Shown here piece by piece: positions 10,741-24,980 of a stretch of 64,000 bases of DNA (positions are counted from its first letter, which is position 1; the number at the start of each line of letters is the position of its first letter). The stretch lies in NCBI GenBank assembly GCA_964016885.1, contig OZ024741.1, positions 96,534,001 through 96,598,000 of the forward strand, given 5' to 3'. This DNA is from Eledone cirrhosa. Lineage: Eukaryota. The notes under the pieces were generated by a model, which had not been told where the DNA came from, ran no database searches, and saw only the letters and a list, made by a program, of their open reading frames with translations. Made by a program: the position numbers and the translations under genes.

Positions 10741-12054
10741 ACCGGGTCATCAATTCAGTCTATTTATATATTTTGATGCCTTCCTCTTTTAGTGAGATTT
10801 CTACAATGTAGCAGGGTCTAGCGGGAGAGAATAGCGGCGGTAGTGACAATGAGGCAGCGGCGGCGGCGGCGATGGCGGTGCTGTGCCAGCAGCAACTAGC
10901 AGGAGGTAGTGGGAGATAATAGCGGCGGTAGCGATAATGAGGCAGCGGCGGTGGCGATGTGTTCGTATTACTGTAGCGATGGTGTTGAAGATGGAGTAGA
11001 AATTTGAGTCGACTTGACCAGAGTTTTCATCGTGGCAGTGGTGGTGGCTCTGGTGGTGAAATTATGTTTAGTGAAATTATCATTAGACGCGTATATGTGT
11101 TGACATATTCCTTTAATATTGGAATTAAACATTTTGTTAAAACTAAAACTTGATTTTTATTTATTTATTTTTTTATTTTGACCGGGTCATCAATTCAGTC
11201 TATTTATATATTTTGATGTTTTCCTCTTTTAGTGAGAATTCTACAATGTAGCAGGGGTAGCGGGAGAGAATAGAGGCGGTAGTGATATTGAGGCAGCGGC
11301 GGCATGGGGGTGGCGGTGCTGTGCCAGCAGCAACTAGCAGGAGGTAGTGGGAGAGAGTAGCGGCGGTAGCGATAATGAGGTAGTGGTGCTGGTGATGTGG
11401 TTGTATTACTGTAGTGATGGTGTTGAAGTTGGAGTAGTTGGAGTAGAAATTTGAGTCGACTTGATCAGAGTTTTCATCGTGATAGTGGTGGTGGTATTGG
11501 TGGTGAAATTATCTTTAGTGAAATTATCATTAGTCGCGTATATGTGTTGACATATTCCTTTAATATTGGAATTAAACATTTTGTTAAAACTAAAACTTGA
11601 TTTTTATTTATTTATTTTTTTTTTATTTTGACCGGGTCATCAATTCAGTCTATTTATATATTTTGATGTTTTCCTCTTTTAGTGGGAATTCTACAATGTA
11701 GCACGGGGTAGCGGGAGAGAATAGCTGCGGTAGTGATATTGAGGCAGCGGCGGCGGTGGTGGTGGCGGTGGTGGTGGCGGTGCTGTGCTAGCAGCAACTA
11801 GCAGGAGGTAGTGGGAGAGAATAGCGGCGGTAGCGATAATGAGGCAGCGGTGGTGGTGATGTGGTCGTATTACTGCAGCGATGGTGTTGAAGTTAGAGTA
11901 GAAATTTGAGTCGACTTGACCAGAGTTTTCATCGTGGTAGTGGTGGTGGTATTGGTGGTGAAATTATCTTTAGTGAAATTATCGTTAGTCGCGTATATGT
12001 GTTGACATATTCCTTTAATATTGGAATTAAACATTTTGTTAAAACTAAAACTTG
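10741..12054. repeat. Tandem repeat, three units of about 440 bp
   Basis: accgggtcatcaattcagtc recurs at 10741, 11181 and 11631. Confidence 0.95.
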
Positions 12055-12467
12055 AGGCAATAGTAATAGTAATTATTATTATTATGCTGAGATTGGTGGT
12101 GGTGAAATTGCCGTTATCTGGCTGTTGTGTTTAGTGTACACAGAGGGGTGATGGGGTAAGTGGTGTATCTAGTTTCTGATGTTGGTGAAATTGCTGTTAT
12201 TTGGCTGTACTATATAGTGTAGACAGAGGGGTTTTCTTCCATTTATAACCATTTTCTTTTTTGAATATAAAATGTATAATACAAAATTGAATATTTGAGC
12301 GATATAACAATATATTATGGATCCGAATTTTTTGGGACGCAAGCCGGATGTTTTATGCAACATTTGTACTAAGAATTGTTATTTCACAATTGATTTAAAT
12401 ATGTTAAAAAATCAAAACTTACGGGAGCGATTTCTCGACCTTCTATCCACCATGTGTGTCTTCTTCC

Positions 12468-12521
<54 letters not shown>

Positions 12522-12522
12522 T

Positions 12523-12607
12523 CTTTGAGTCTCAGTCATTGATGTTAGTTAACTGGAAAGTTTGTTGAAATGAATATCAAACCACTACCTGCAGCCTCAG
12601 ATATTCA

Positions 12608-12608
<1 letters not shown>
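12523..12608 (-). mobile_element. 3' terminal stub of Dong family A between (TTA)n tracts
   Basis: Nearly identical to 6915-6999 (ctttgagtctcagtcatt...gcctcagatattca). Confidence 0.9.
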
Positions 12609-12684
<76 letters not shown>

Positions 12685-13729
12685 CTGGGTGCTCGTGGGG
12701 GTAGATTCCTCAGACTTGCCTTCCAGCTGGACCACCAAATATAATTAACCGATCTCATGAATATTGACCAACCTTCATATTGGGGTCTACCACTCGATCG
12801 CCTGTGGGTTAGCTAGTAATTCTTTCATTATATATTCTAACCACATGGACAAAGTATCACAGCTGTGATCTCTCGATACGCAGAAGTATCCGTTCTACCT
12901 GGAGCAACCACATAATCTTCAAGCAACGCACTCTATCTAGTAACGTTACACTATAGATCATTTGGTGGAAACTCATTTCAGCCGCTTATATTCTTAATCA
13001 TATTTCTTCGGTGATTAGCCAAGATTTGAAAATTCTGTAAAACACCCCGCTGATTTAAATTAAAAAAATAGAGGTTGGAAAAAGAAGTTCTGTAAAGCGG
13101 TAGGAATAATAAGAGGTATATGAAGTAAGATCCAAGGTAAATAAGAATAAGAATAACTTAATGGTAAAAATTAAAGCGAAACAGAAATGCCAAATGAATT
13201 GAAATAAAAACATAAAGAATTTACTGAAAAGAAACATACAAAAGAACGTTTTCCTACGCATACTATGCTAGTAATAAAATAAATGCGGCAGCTTGATATC
13301 GGAAAATTCAAAACATAAAATTGGTATCATTAGTTTGCACCAGGCTAGACATAATCAAGTAGCCATTGAGCAATAATCAAATATGTTCTGGCTGTGCAAG
13401 TTGTGAAACATGTAAAGTCAATTTCGTTTTTTCTCTGTCTATGAATAGAAAAAAATGTATTGACACTTGTTCAGGTTGTTTCAACACGGCTTACAATTTA
13501 AACTTTATTCATGCCTGCATTCAATATGTATATATGTGTGTGTGAATGTAAATTTATATTCCCCTCATAACATAGGTACAGTAAAATATTCAGTCGGCGT
13601 TCTGCGAAGATATGCTATTTCTGCAGCCAATCGATGAAGTAAAAAAAAAAACTGAAGTAAAAAAATAACTGCGATAAAACAAATTTATAAAAAGACAAAA
13701 AGAAAAAGAAAAAAAAAGAAACAAATGAA

Positions 13730-14150
13730 AGTCCAAGATACTCTTGCAGGATAAAGAGGGCTATCCCCCTGCTATAGAGTTGTAATATAAAATCCGTCGT
13801 GCAGAGACCTGTGAAAGATATGTGGCTAAGCTACAAGATCATTTTAAACACCGATTCTTCTCACACTCACATCACTCCTCATTAGGGCATCCTGAAATGA
13901 AGAACAGCATGACCCCATTGAAAAAAGAAAGGCAGTTAAGAGATAAATGTGTCCCACAAGATAACATGGGAAATTCTTGGGGAGTCCAGAAACTTGCATC
14001 AACAGAACAAAGATATGTCGCCACTGCCTTAGGAGTAACAGCGGTTTCTGGAATTAATAAAAATTAGAAATATTAGGGAATATAAGATTGAACGGAAAAT
14101 AACTGGAAATACCATAGAAAAGATCAAGTTTAAATTAAGATTGTGAGATA
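13730..14150 (+). mobile_element. Decayed Penelope-like GIY-YIG endonuclease fragment
   Basis: HFKHRFFSH..HPEMKNSMTPL..QLRDK, then ITWEIL and a CxxCL-like motif across frames. Parallels the ORF at 44466. Confidence 0.6.
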
Positions 14151-14266
14151 ATTCAGGGAGGAAGAGTTATTAAGTTTTTTTCTTTTCTTTCATTGTTTTA
14201 ATAATTGTACAGCACCGAAATGGGGCACCACCTTCAACGTTATTCTAATACAAATTGAACAAAGTT

Positions 14267-14367
14267 CTTCTTCTTCTTCTTCTTCTTCTTCTTCTTCTTC
14301 TTCTTCTTCTTCTTCTTCTTCTTCTTCTTCTTCTTCTTCTTCTTCTTCTTCTTCTTCTTCTTCTTCT
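14267..14367. repeat. (TTC)n microsatellite
   Basis: Pure tract. Confidence 0.98.
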
Positions 14368-14759
14368 AAAATGAATAATTATTTTATTACTAAGATGGTA
14401 ACTTAACATGGTTCTTAAATAAATTCCTGCTGGAACATTTTAATTTAAATAGTAACCTTTTAAATTCTGTGGCTTGGTTTCATAGAACCAGAGCTGGGTC
14501 TAACTAAATTGATATCAAAAGGATTTATAACAGAAAAGATGAGTGGATAGATAGATAAACTAAAAAAATAGGATTGGAAGTATTTCTGGTATGAAGATGG
14601 AATAATAAAATAAAATATGTTTAATACATTCATAACACAGTACACTGGGAGGTGCATTTAACAGCACAATTTCAAAAGCATTTTTATAAACTTTCACACT
14701 AATTCCGAAATGAAGATAGAGCGTTTGTCTTTTACGCCTACCCACCTTCTGATTACTGA

Positions 14760-15745
14760 ATGCTGAAGCTGGCGCATTACTGGACCAGCTCCTGCAATTC
14801 TTGCACTTAATTCGTGGGCATGGCCCCGAAATACTTGAACTTCTCCACCTGCTTCAGTGGAACTCCATTCATATGTAGAGTGCACTGGGCAGGCTTTCTT
14901 GAGAGGACGAGTGTCTCAGATTTCACAACACTGATTTTCATTCCAGCCATGCAGCACTCTGCATCAAACCTGTCAAGCGTATGTCAGAGATCACCTTCTG
15001 TCGAGTTAAGTAACCTTATGTCACCTGGAAATTCCAGTCGACTGATTTTACACCCACCAGTCGTGATATCACTTCCAACTCGGTTGCGCATGCCAACCCT
15101 GTTCATGAAAATAATCACAAGGAGACGTGTGAGAACGCACCCTTGCTTTTCATTTAGCACAATTTATCCGAATACAAATACTCGGGCATTCTTATAGAGA
15201 CATCATGTCAGCAACAATTGACCATCTATCCCATACTCCTTCACAACCCTCCTCAGCAGGTCCCTAGAAATGCGGCCATATGCGTATTCGAGATCTACAC
15301 AATAAGAATATACCTGTTGGCATTACTCCCACGATTTCTGGAAGACCTGCCGCAGTGTGAATATTTGGTCGGCTGTGCTGCGTCCGAAGCCAAAACCACA
15401 TTGTTTATCAGCTAGTTTGGATTCAATAATCTCCCTGCATCACTTTGTCAGATATTTAGCATAGATGTTAGCGTGGAGGCTTAACTAGAAGATTCGCCTC
15501 TAATTCGAACAATGTCTCTTGACTTCCTCTTTGAAATTTGGGCTTATCACAGCCTATTGCCATTGCTTAGAGATCCAGGCCACCCGGCACACACCAGTCA
15601 ACCAGAGAATACCTTCTTTATTTAAGGCTTTTAACATCTCAGGCAAGATTTCATCTTCTCCAGTGGCCTTGCAGAGCTCTTTGATTGCTCTTGTGACCTT
15701 AGCCTCGGAGAGATTAGTCACCACTCCTGGATGCACCTTTCGTAC
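14760..15745 (-). mobile_element. RTE-clade LINE RT fragment, decayed
   Basis: KATGEDEILPEMLKAL; LDRFDAECCMAGMKIS..KSETLVL; QVEKFKYFG. Confidence 0.85.
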
Positions 15746-16379
15746 ATTCATTTTATCAATCTATATTTTATCGAGATACCAAATTACACTTTTAAAACAA
15801 CATTGTTTTTTCGTGTTCAACAACGGTGAAGAATATACAAAATAAAATGTAAAAATATAAAGTTAAAGCGTAACATATACAGAGCAATATATAAAAGAAC
15901 AACATTATAGACAAAACTTTCAGATACATTTAGTGTAATAGAGAGATAATATGCAGTAATAGAGACGAATTAAAGGGCAATGCTCGCTTGAGTACAACGT
16001 GTATAGGGTGTTCAAGTCGAGAGATAAATGCGCTACCCGGTATATTTATGAATGTTTAATAGTGCCATCACCATTATTCACCATTGAACACACTCACAGA
16101 AATTGTTTGCGTATTATTATGTAAAATAGTTAGATAATAGCAGCATAGCCAGTTATTTATAAGATTTTATCGGTTACTCTCCTTCGTGATAGAGTTAAAG
16201 TATTGGTGAGTAGAGAAGAAGAAGGGTTGTAAAGAAGTAAAACATCAGACAGAGAAAGGAAAGGAGGATTGTGTAGGATTGTGTAAAGAATAAAAGATAG
16301 AAAATGATAATTTAATGCATATATACAAATATCCATCCATACATAAGTACGTACGTAGATAGACACACAGACACACATA

Positions 16380-16619
<240 letters not shown>

Positions 16620-16849
16620 AGGGTGGGGGGAGGGGTTTCTCTCTGTGTGTGGTAATGGAGGAATAAAAAATTCTGAAAATGTAACTGAACACTGGAATCA
16701 AATGGAAACAACAAAAATTAACAAAAAAAACAAAACAAAACAAACAAGAACAACAGAAAAACTCTTTGCACATAGGAAAGAAACAGATGATTTTAGCAAC
16801 GAACTCAACAGAACGAAACTTGTTCAGCCCTTAAGAATTCACCAAGGCG

Positions 16850-17645
16850 TTAACCAATCATCACCATCAACATGACCACAACTCTTACCAATCTGCTCAT
16901 ACACAAACCCAACCACCCTGCTATCAACAAGGAAATCACCATCACCAACATCATCACTCCTACGATTCTCACTCTTCACTAATTTTAACACCATTACTAA
17001 TGTTACTGCCGACACCACCACCAAAATCCCTTCCAGCACCACTACCACCAACAACATCACCACCACCATCACAGCCACCGTCACAGCAACCAAAACAACA
17101 ACACAATCACCACCACCACAATCATCACCACCACAACCACCACCACGACCACCACGACCATCAACACCATCATCATCACCACCACCACCACCACCACCAC
17201 GACCGTCACCACAACCGTCAACACCACCGCCACCATCACAACCATCAACACAATCACCACTATTCGCCAACCCACTCTTCCCTAAATTGAACACCATTAC
17301 TGATGTTACGGCCGCGACCACAAGCTAGGTCAACACTCGCCGTCACCATCATCGGCACCACCTGCACAACTACCACCACCACCACTACCACCACAACCAC
17401 CACGAAAACCAGCGCCAACACCGACGCCACCGCCACCATCACCACCACCATCACTAACAACAACCAGCACCCCCGACACCACCACCCTCACTACACTCAC
17501 CACAACCACCATTACAATCAGCATCAACACCAACACCAACACCAACACCACAACCCCTACCACCAGAAACACCAACACCAACGGCACCACCACCACCACC
17601 AACACCAACGCCACAGCAACTAGTACTACAGCCACCACCACCACC

Positions 17646-17677
<32 letters not shown>

Positions 17678-17865
17678 CAACACTACCATCATTATCAACA
17701 ACAACCAGCATCCCCTTACCACATTCACCACAACCCCCACAACAACAACACCAGCACTAACACCAACATCAACACCACTACCGCCACCACCACAAACAGC
17801 AACACAACAGCAACCACCACTACAACCCAACACTTCTCGCTGATTTTAACATCAACATCACCGTC
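16850..17865. repeat. Degenerate (CAC/CAA)n low-complexity tract
   Basis: Direct. Confidence 0.9.
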
Positions 17866-18122
17866 ACGTGTTCTAACAATTTTATGATGATGAAATCATT
17901 CCAGAGATTAGCAGGTAGAGACCATTTGCCATCAATTCACAAGACATGTTGATTTTTCCTTCACTTCATTTTTTCTTTCCTTCTTCCAAAAGCGATTCTT
18001 ACACTACATTTTATTCATCTATTCAACGTTTTACATAAAAAATACCCATGTATTTTACCTTCTTTCTATGCATATGTATGTATACTTGTATGCATGTATG
18101 TATGGTGTATGTATGTATATTT

Positions 18123-18175
<53 letters not shown>

Positions 18176-18387
18176 ATATGAAAACAAATATATATATATG
18201 AATGTATAAATACACGTACGCACATGCGCACACTCGCACTCACACACACACACATATGTGTGTATATATATATATATACATATATATGTGTGTGTGTACA
18301 TATATGTGTTTATAAATAAATATATATATATATATGTGTGTGTATATCTATATATATGTATATATTTATATATATATATATAAATAA

Positions 18388-18497
<110 letters not shown>

Positions 18498-18897
18498 ATT
18501 ATGTTGGATTTAGTAGCGAGTGATGTGGGAGAGGAGTCATTTTTTTTCCGTTTTATTTTTTGAAGTCCTGAAATCCTTCTGGTCTGTGATGCATTAAATT
18601 ATTAGAGTGTTTTTGTGAATCTTCAACATAGGCCTCGCTATTGAGGAGAGGGGATTCTTGGCTGTTTGCTGCTTTGAAATCAAATAAAAGTGACGCTAAA
18701 TATATAGAAAACAAGTCATGTTGAGTCATTCAAGCACAACAGCTTGCGGTATTAAAAAAATAGAAGCATATCAGATTTATACGTAGATACGCATTCGCAC
18801 ACACAACACACACATACAAAAATACATATACTCGCCAACATACATGCCCACACACATTTGCCCACATACACAGTCACACACACACACACGCACACAC

Positions 18898-18940
<43 letters not shown>

Positions 18941-19389
18941 TACCCACAGAATCACTCACACATTCTCATGCGCAAATATGTATATGCAAGTGTGTGTGTG
19001 TCTGTATGTATATGTATGTATGGATGCCTGCATGCATACATGTATGTATGTGTATATGTATGTATGTATGTGTGTATGCATATATGTATGTATTCATGTA
19101 TGATTGTATATATATATGTGTTCCGCTCTCTTTCTCTCTATATATAAAGACACAAATATACATGTACATAAGCACATGTTTATTCAAATATTATCACATA
19201 TGCAAACACATACATAGGCTATCATATATACATACATACACTCACATCTGAACAGTAGCAATTCGTTACGTCGTGTGTTCGTGTGTTTAATAATAACCAT
19301 ATATACCACCCATAGACAATTCCTTACTAACGAATATACTCATATATCAAAATAAATATCAACAGATATCCATCGGTTTCAATGATATC

Positions 19390-19660
19390 TATTGCATTTG
19401 TCCAATCAGCTGAACATACTGTGTTGTGCAACAACTGGTTGAGTATTCCACAGGTACTTGTATTCTTAAGTAAGCTGGCGAATTGAACTGAAGTAGAATC
19501 TGTCCGTCACACTTCCACACAGTTTCCATCTCACCAATTTCAATCACAAAACTGTATAGGCAAACTCATTGCTATTATAAAAGGCACTTGCTCATGAGGA
19601 CGCACAGCGGGATCGAACAGTGGTTCTCATAATTACGATACGTATTTCTCAACCACTCTA
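19390..19660. mobile_element. Decayed SINE-like repeat
   Basis: Shares ctgagtattccacag..tgta..cttaa, cagtttccatc and gggatcgaac with 40727 and 61335. Confidence 0.55.
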
Positions 19661-20957
19661 TAAAGCATGCCTTCTCAACCATGCTTCGTCATAAACGCAT
19701 ACACAAAACACACAGCAAACACATGCAAATGCGCTGGCTTATACCATTAAAACACTTGCATTTTTACAAACGTACTCAGAAAGTATACACGATCACAAAT
19801 GCTCACAAATACCTGTACAGAGTCAATCATATACATAGGTCTACTTGTTCACGGAAGCACACATACACATATGGGTATACACACACACACACACACACAT
19901 ATATATATGTGCGTGTGTGTATGTTGTATGTGAGCGTGTGTTTTTGATTCCTCACATTTCCGTTGATAGATTTATATGTGCATCTAAACACTAGAGTCGA
20001 ACATTAGACTTCGATGTAGGGATGAGATAATATACCATTAACAAAAAATACGATAAATGGATGAAAAACAAAAATGATACAAACAAAGAAACACAAAAAC
20101 CTGCGGACCTAATTCCAGACACGGAGTCGAAAACGTACACAATGAAGCATGGTGTAAGGAAATACAGATAATAGTGGGTGCATAAAGCGTGTATAACACG
20201 AGTTAACAATCACAGATGTTACCTAAGAAAATATATGCTGGAATACATCCTGTAGCGGGTCCAAATTTGAGAGATAATTGCTCTATCCTTACATTTATAT
20301 ATGTTTAATCGTGCTATCGCCATTATTCACAATTGAATGAATTTAAGGAAGTCGTCATCAATGTTTTCCTTTTCAAAAAATAGTTTGATAATAGCCTTAA
20401 TGATTCCTCTCACATAGGGTTTTTCAAATTATGGAGGTCAACAGATAGATTTCAATCATTAAAAAATAAAAAGAATTGCACCCAACATACTACAGAAAAA
20501 TAACTGTAGAAGTAAATAAAAATGTAAACGGACCATTTCTTTGATTCCAGTGAAGCAGTCTAAAATATCGATTGACTGCTGGGTTCTTTCAAATGTTGAA
20601 ATTTACGCCAGAATATTGTACAGTGAATTCAATATGCCATTATAATTGTTTTCTGTTTTCTTTGTATACATCACCATTTAAAATACTTTTTTTTTATATG
20701 AATTTATATCAGCACTGCTGCTTCGACACTAGCAATTGGTGAATTTATTGCAGACACACACACACACACGCACATATATATATATATACACACACACACA
20801 CTTGACACACACATATATTTATATATAGAGAAAGTTCTAGTTATATTTCTTGAGCTGTGTAAGTTGCACGAAGGGTGAAACCACTTCATTTATCTTTGCA
20901 ATAAATTCACCAATTGTTAGTGTCGAAGCAACAATGCGAAACCACTAATAATGCCCC

Positions 20958-21249
<292 letters not shown>

Positions 21250-21689
21250 TAGTGGTTTTCGCGTCTAAATCTTCAGAAGCGTTTTGAATAGGTATCGAAA
21301 GATGGAAATGTAGTTGCAAGGCGTCGTACAGAGGTTGTCCTTTGACTGGTTCAGGTCAGGCAGAGATTTTGGAACTTAGCTACATCAGTTTTTCTCAGCT
21401 GTTGACCACATAAAATAATTGTCTGCTGGCGTCAGCGTGTCTGGGAAGCAAAATTAATGACGAAGTAAGGAGTTCAGTGAGCAACTAGTGTAATGCCGCC
21501 GCTATGTATTACATTTTGCTGAAATATTAATGAGATATATGGTCGTTATATCAACGTTTAAAGGAAGGTAGCATGGAAGTGCTACTATGAAAGATTACTG
21601 AATGAGGAGAATGCATAGGAAGAAAATAGTTTAACACATGTCAACCCAACAGAGAGACCGGCTGAACAAGCCAGCAGTTGTAAAGTAAG

Positions 21690-21920
21690 TCAGCCAATCA
21701 AGGACACGAAGACAAGCAGAGCAGCTGTACCCTCGCGGATAATTGCGGAGATGCTGAAAGCGTTTGGGGTGGTGGGACACACCATAATCACCCGTATAAT
21801 AAACCAAGTAATACAACATTTTGTCACACCCAATGACTGGCGTAGCAGCATCATCGTCAACTGCTACAAGAGTAAAAGTGATGTTCTTGATATAGAAAAC
21901 TATAGAGGCATTAAGTTACG
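21690..21920 (+). mobile_element. RTE LINE fragment (start of RT)
   Basis: AEMLKAFG..PNDWRSSIIVNCYKSKSDVLDIENYRGIKL. Confidence 0.8.
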
Positions 21921-21989
21921 TTGCCTCCCGTTAACAACTCGGCTATTTTCTTTACTTCGTCCAGTTTTGTCAGCCTGTCCACACGTTCA

Positions 21990-22330
21990 CCACGTATGTC
22001 TCCAACTTTTCTGTCCAATTTCTCGACATCTCTCTCTACCAACCACACCCTCTCTAACTACAAACCAACTGACTCCTGCTCTTACCCTGGTTTCCCTTCC
22101 TCTTACCCCACTCACACCAAACTCTTCATATCCTACTGCCATTTCCTGCGTCTTCCTTGGTTCTGTAGCTAGGACCATGACATCGAGAACAAACCCCAAT
22201 GCAAGACTTCTCACTTCATCCAGCTTTAATATACTCCCTCCTTGATCCACAACTCTCTCACCCTGCGAACCCCCTCCAATATTCACCTCCCTTTCCTCCT
22301 CACGTACCACCGCTCTGTTCTACTCTTGAT
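21990..22330 (+). mobile_element. Penelope-like RT thumb fragment
   Basis: YKPTDSCSYPGFPSSYPTHTKLFISYCHFLRLPWFCS matches the PLE motif YKPTDSHSYL..SSHP..K..IPYSQFLRL..CS. Confidence 0.7.
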
Positions 22331-22479
22331 GCGCTGTACCGTTCTTTTCTTCCGAACCCACGTTCGAAGGTTGCCCACCTGGTAAATGTATAAACGCATG
22401 GGCTAAGTAAACCTAGGGTATCATACCGTGTGTGGTGGTGTCTCTGTAAATACGTGCTTACTTCTTTCATAGCATGTGA

Positions 22480-23040
22480 TGCTGGAAGCGATACTATCCA
22501 GACGGGTAGCTAACTTTAAGATTATACACGTTGAAAAATTCATATTGTGGTTGCTGGAGGAGATCATTCTCCTTTGGGATTAGAATTTTCTAGTTATATT
22601 TCTTGAGCTGTCTAAGTTGAACGAAGGGTGAAACCAGTTCGGATAATTTCTCTTAATTTTTTTTGAATGGGTAGCAAATCATACATGTATATTAAGTTTT
22701 CGCTTAATCCACTTCTCACCAGTGCTTCGTTGTAACGGATTGCACCGCACTCGACGATATCTATATCAGACCGTAGAATAGACAAATAATTTGCTAATTT
22801 TGGTTACTAGGTTTTTAGCTAGATCTTGTGGGATGGTGGATTCACTATGGATGTAAACACGTTCCCCATTGGGTCTCCTATAGGGGTAATATTTCTTTTT
22901 CTCGGGGGCCTAGAATGATGTCCGAGAAGTCGATTTTGAAAATCTTTATTACATCTTTCCAGAAAGTGTGCATGGTGTTGCTGTTAATATTGCGGCGGAT
23001 TATCAAAACGTTGTCTCTGTAATTGAACTCAACATATCAA
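22480..23040 (-). mobile_element. Decayed Penelope RT/linker fragment
   Basis: Reverse strand gives YRDNVLII (YRDD-like), IDFSDIIL, YYPYRRPNGERVYIHSES, WFHPSFN..NITRKF, FNVYNLKVSY. A small related piece lies at 20835-20888. Confidence 0.7.
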
Positions 23041-23058
23041 AGAGTAGTTGACACGACT

Positions 23059-23141
23059 GTACTGTTGCTACTGTTGCTACTGTTACTGTTGTTACTGTTG
23101 CTACTGTTGCTACTGTTGCTTCTGTTGCTACTGTTACTGTT
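23059..23141. repeat. (CTACTGTTG)n 9-mer repeat
   Basis: Direct. Confidence 0.9.
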
Positions 23142-24145
23142 CTTTAGATTTGAGTATTAAAATGCAAACCATCGGACTGGCTGGCGCTTATTTGCGCTCG
23201 CTACATCGTACAAACACAACAGATAAAATACAACTAACATATTGATAATAGGAATTTGTTTACCATTATATTAATAGTAGTAATAATTCTAATAATGATA
23301 ATAATGATGATGATAATAATAATTATGATAATGATGATGATGATTATGATGGTAATGATGATAATAACAATAATAATAATAATATATTTTTCTTAATAAT
23401 AATAATAACAAAAATATTTCAAAAATCATTAGCCACAGTCATAATAATTAATAATAATAGTGATCTTCAGAAGAAGGACTGCCACTATATTTCTTGTAAA
23501 CTTGTGTTCAGTATGTAGAATTAATTATATAAAAGCAGCGAAGTTTCAAGCAGAACTAACCAAACGGAACAATCAATTTAATGAGCGATAACTAAACAAC
23601 ACAGCAGACATATTAGACCAACTCTTGTCTCATATTAGAAATCATCAAAAGAATTTTGCTTTAATGAGAAAGAAAAAGAGATATTGAGTAACAAATGTGT
23701 GACGAATCTCATTATTCTAGCACTGCAAGCATATAACATATTTGTTTATGATTATTTATCGATGGAAATATGTCTGTGGCCATACCACGAAATGTGACAA
23801 GACTACGATCATATTCGCTACCACCTTACTTTCTCTACAGACCCTTGCGACAGGTTCTGCGTGTGTGTCACACAGAATATCATATATATATATATTTGTA
23901 AACCTCCCTACGTTTATCACTTCACGTGCTCGGATCATTTACACCTCTATACTCTCAAAACAACTAGCTCTTCACATATTTGCACAGACAAACACAACCC
24001 ACACGCACACATAGACACAAAAGCAGACACATATACAAACACACACTTCTCCACTCAAAATATACAATGATTACCTCCTTCTATAAAGCTCTCTAATGCC
24101 TGAGTTATCTATTGAATAGAATTTCTACAAAATTAATGACAAAAT

Positions 24146-24178
<33 letters not shown>

Positions 24179-24689
24179 CATTTCTCTCTGTTCTTACTCT
24201 CTATCATTCTATTTTATTTTTTTTATCTCAGTCTATCTTTTGATGAAGGACTGGTGTCCCAAACGTAAAGACGCTTCCTACTATATCAAGTGTTAGAATA
24301 ATATATTTCTTCATTGTATTTTTTTTCTGTTTTGTTTCCGGTTATTTTTGCATATATTCTATTGGTATCTGGCCTGTTGCAGCTATATCTTCTATTTATA
24401 TCTAATATCTAATATATATATATATTTAGTTAGAAACTGAACAACACAATATATAACTATTCCAATACCAAAGGTTTCAGGATCCTGGACAATGTATTGT
24501 GTTGTTCACTTTTTAATTAAATAGCTCTGTTTTATACATAGAGCACTCTTTTTTCCTCGGAAATTACCCACTCTACTACCCTAAGTATTGAGTGCTTTGG
24601 TGCGTTATGGTCCACCTGGTTCCTTACCACATTTCCTCCGTTATATATATATATATATATTTCTCTTATTCTATCTTTCTCTCTCTCAA

Positions 24690-24980
<291 letters not shown>

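Noticed and set aside
10741-12054. CRISPR-like periodicity
   Set aside because: Whole units repeat with no unique spacers, there are no cas genes, and the context is eukaryotic.
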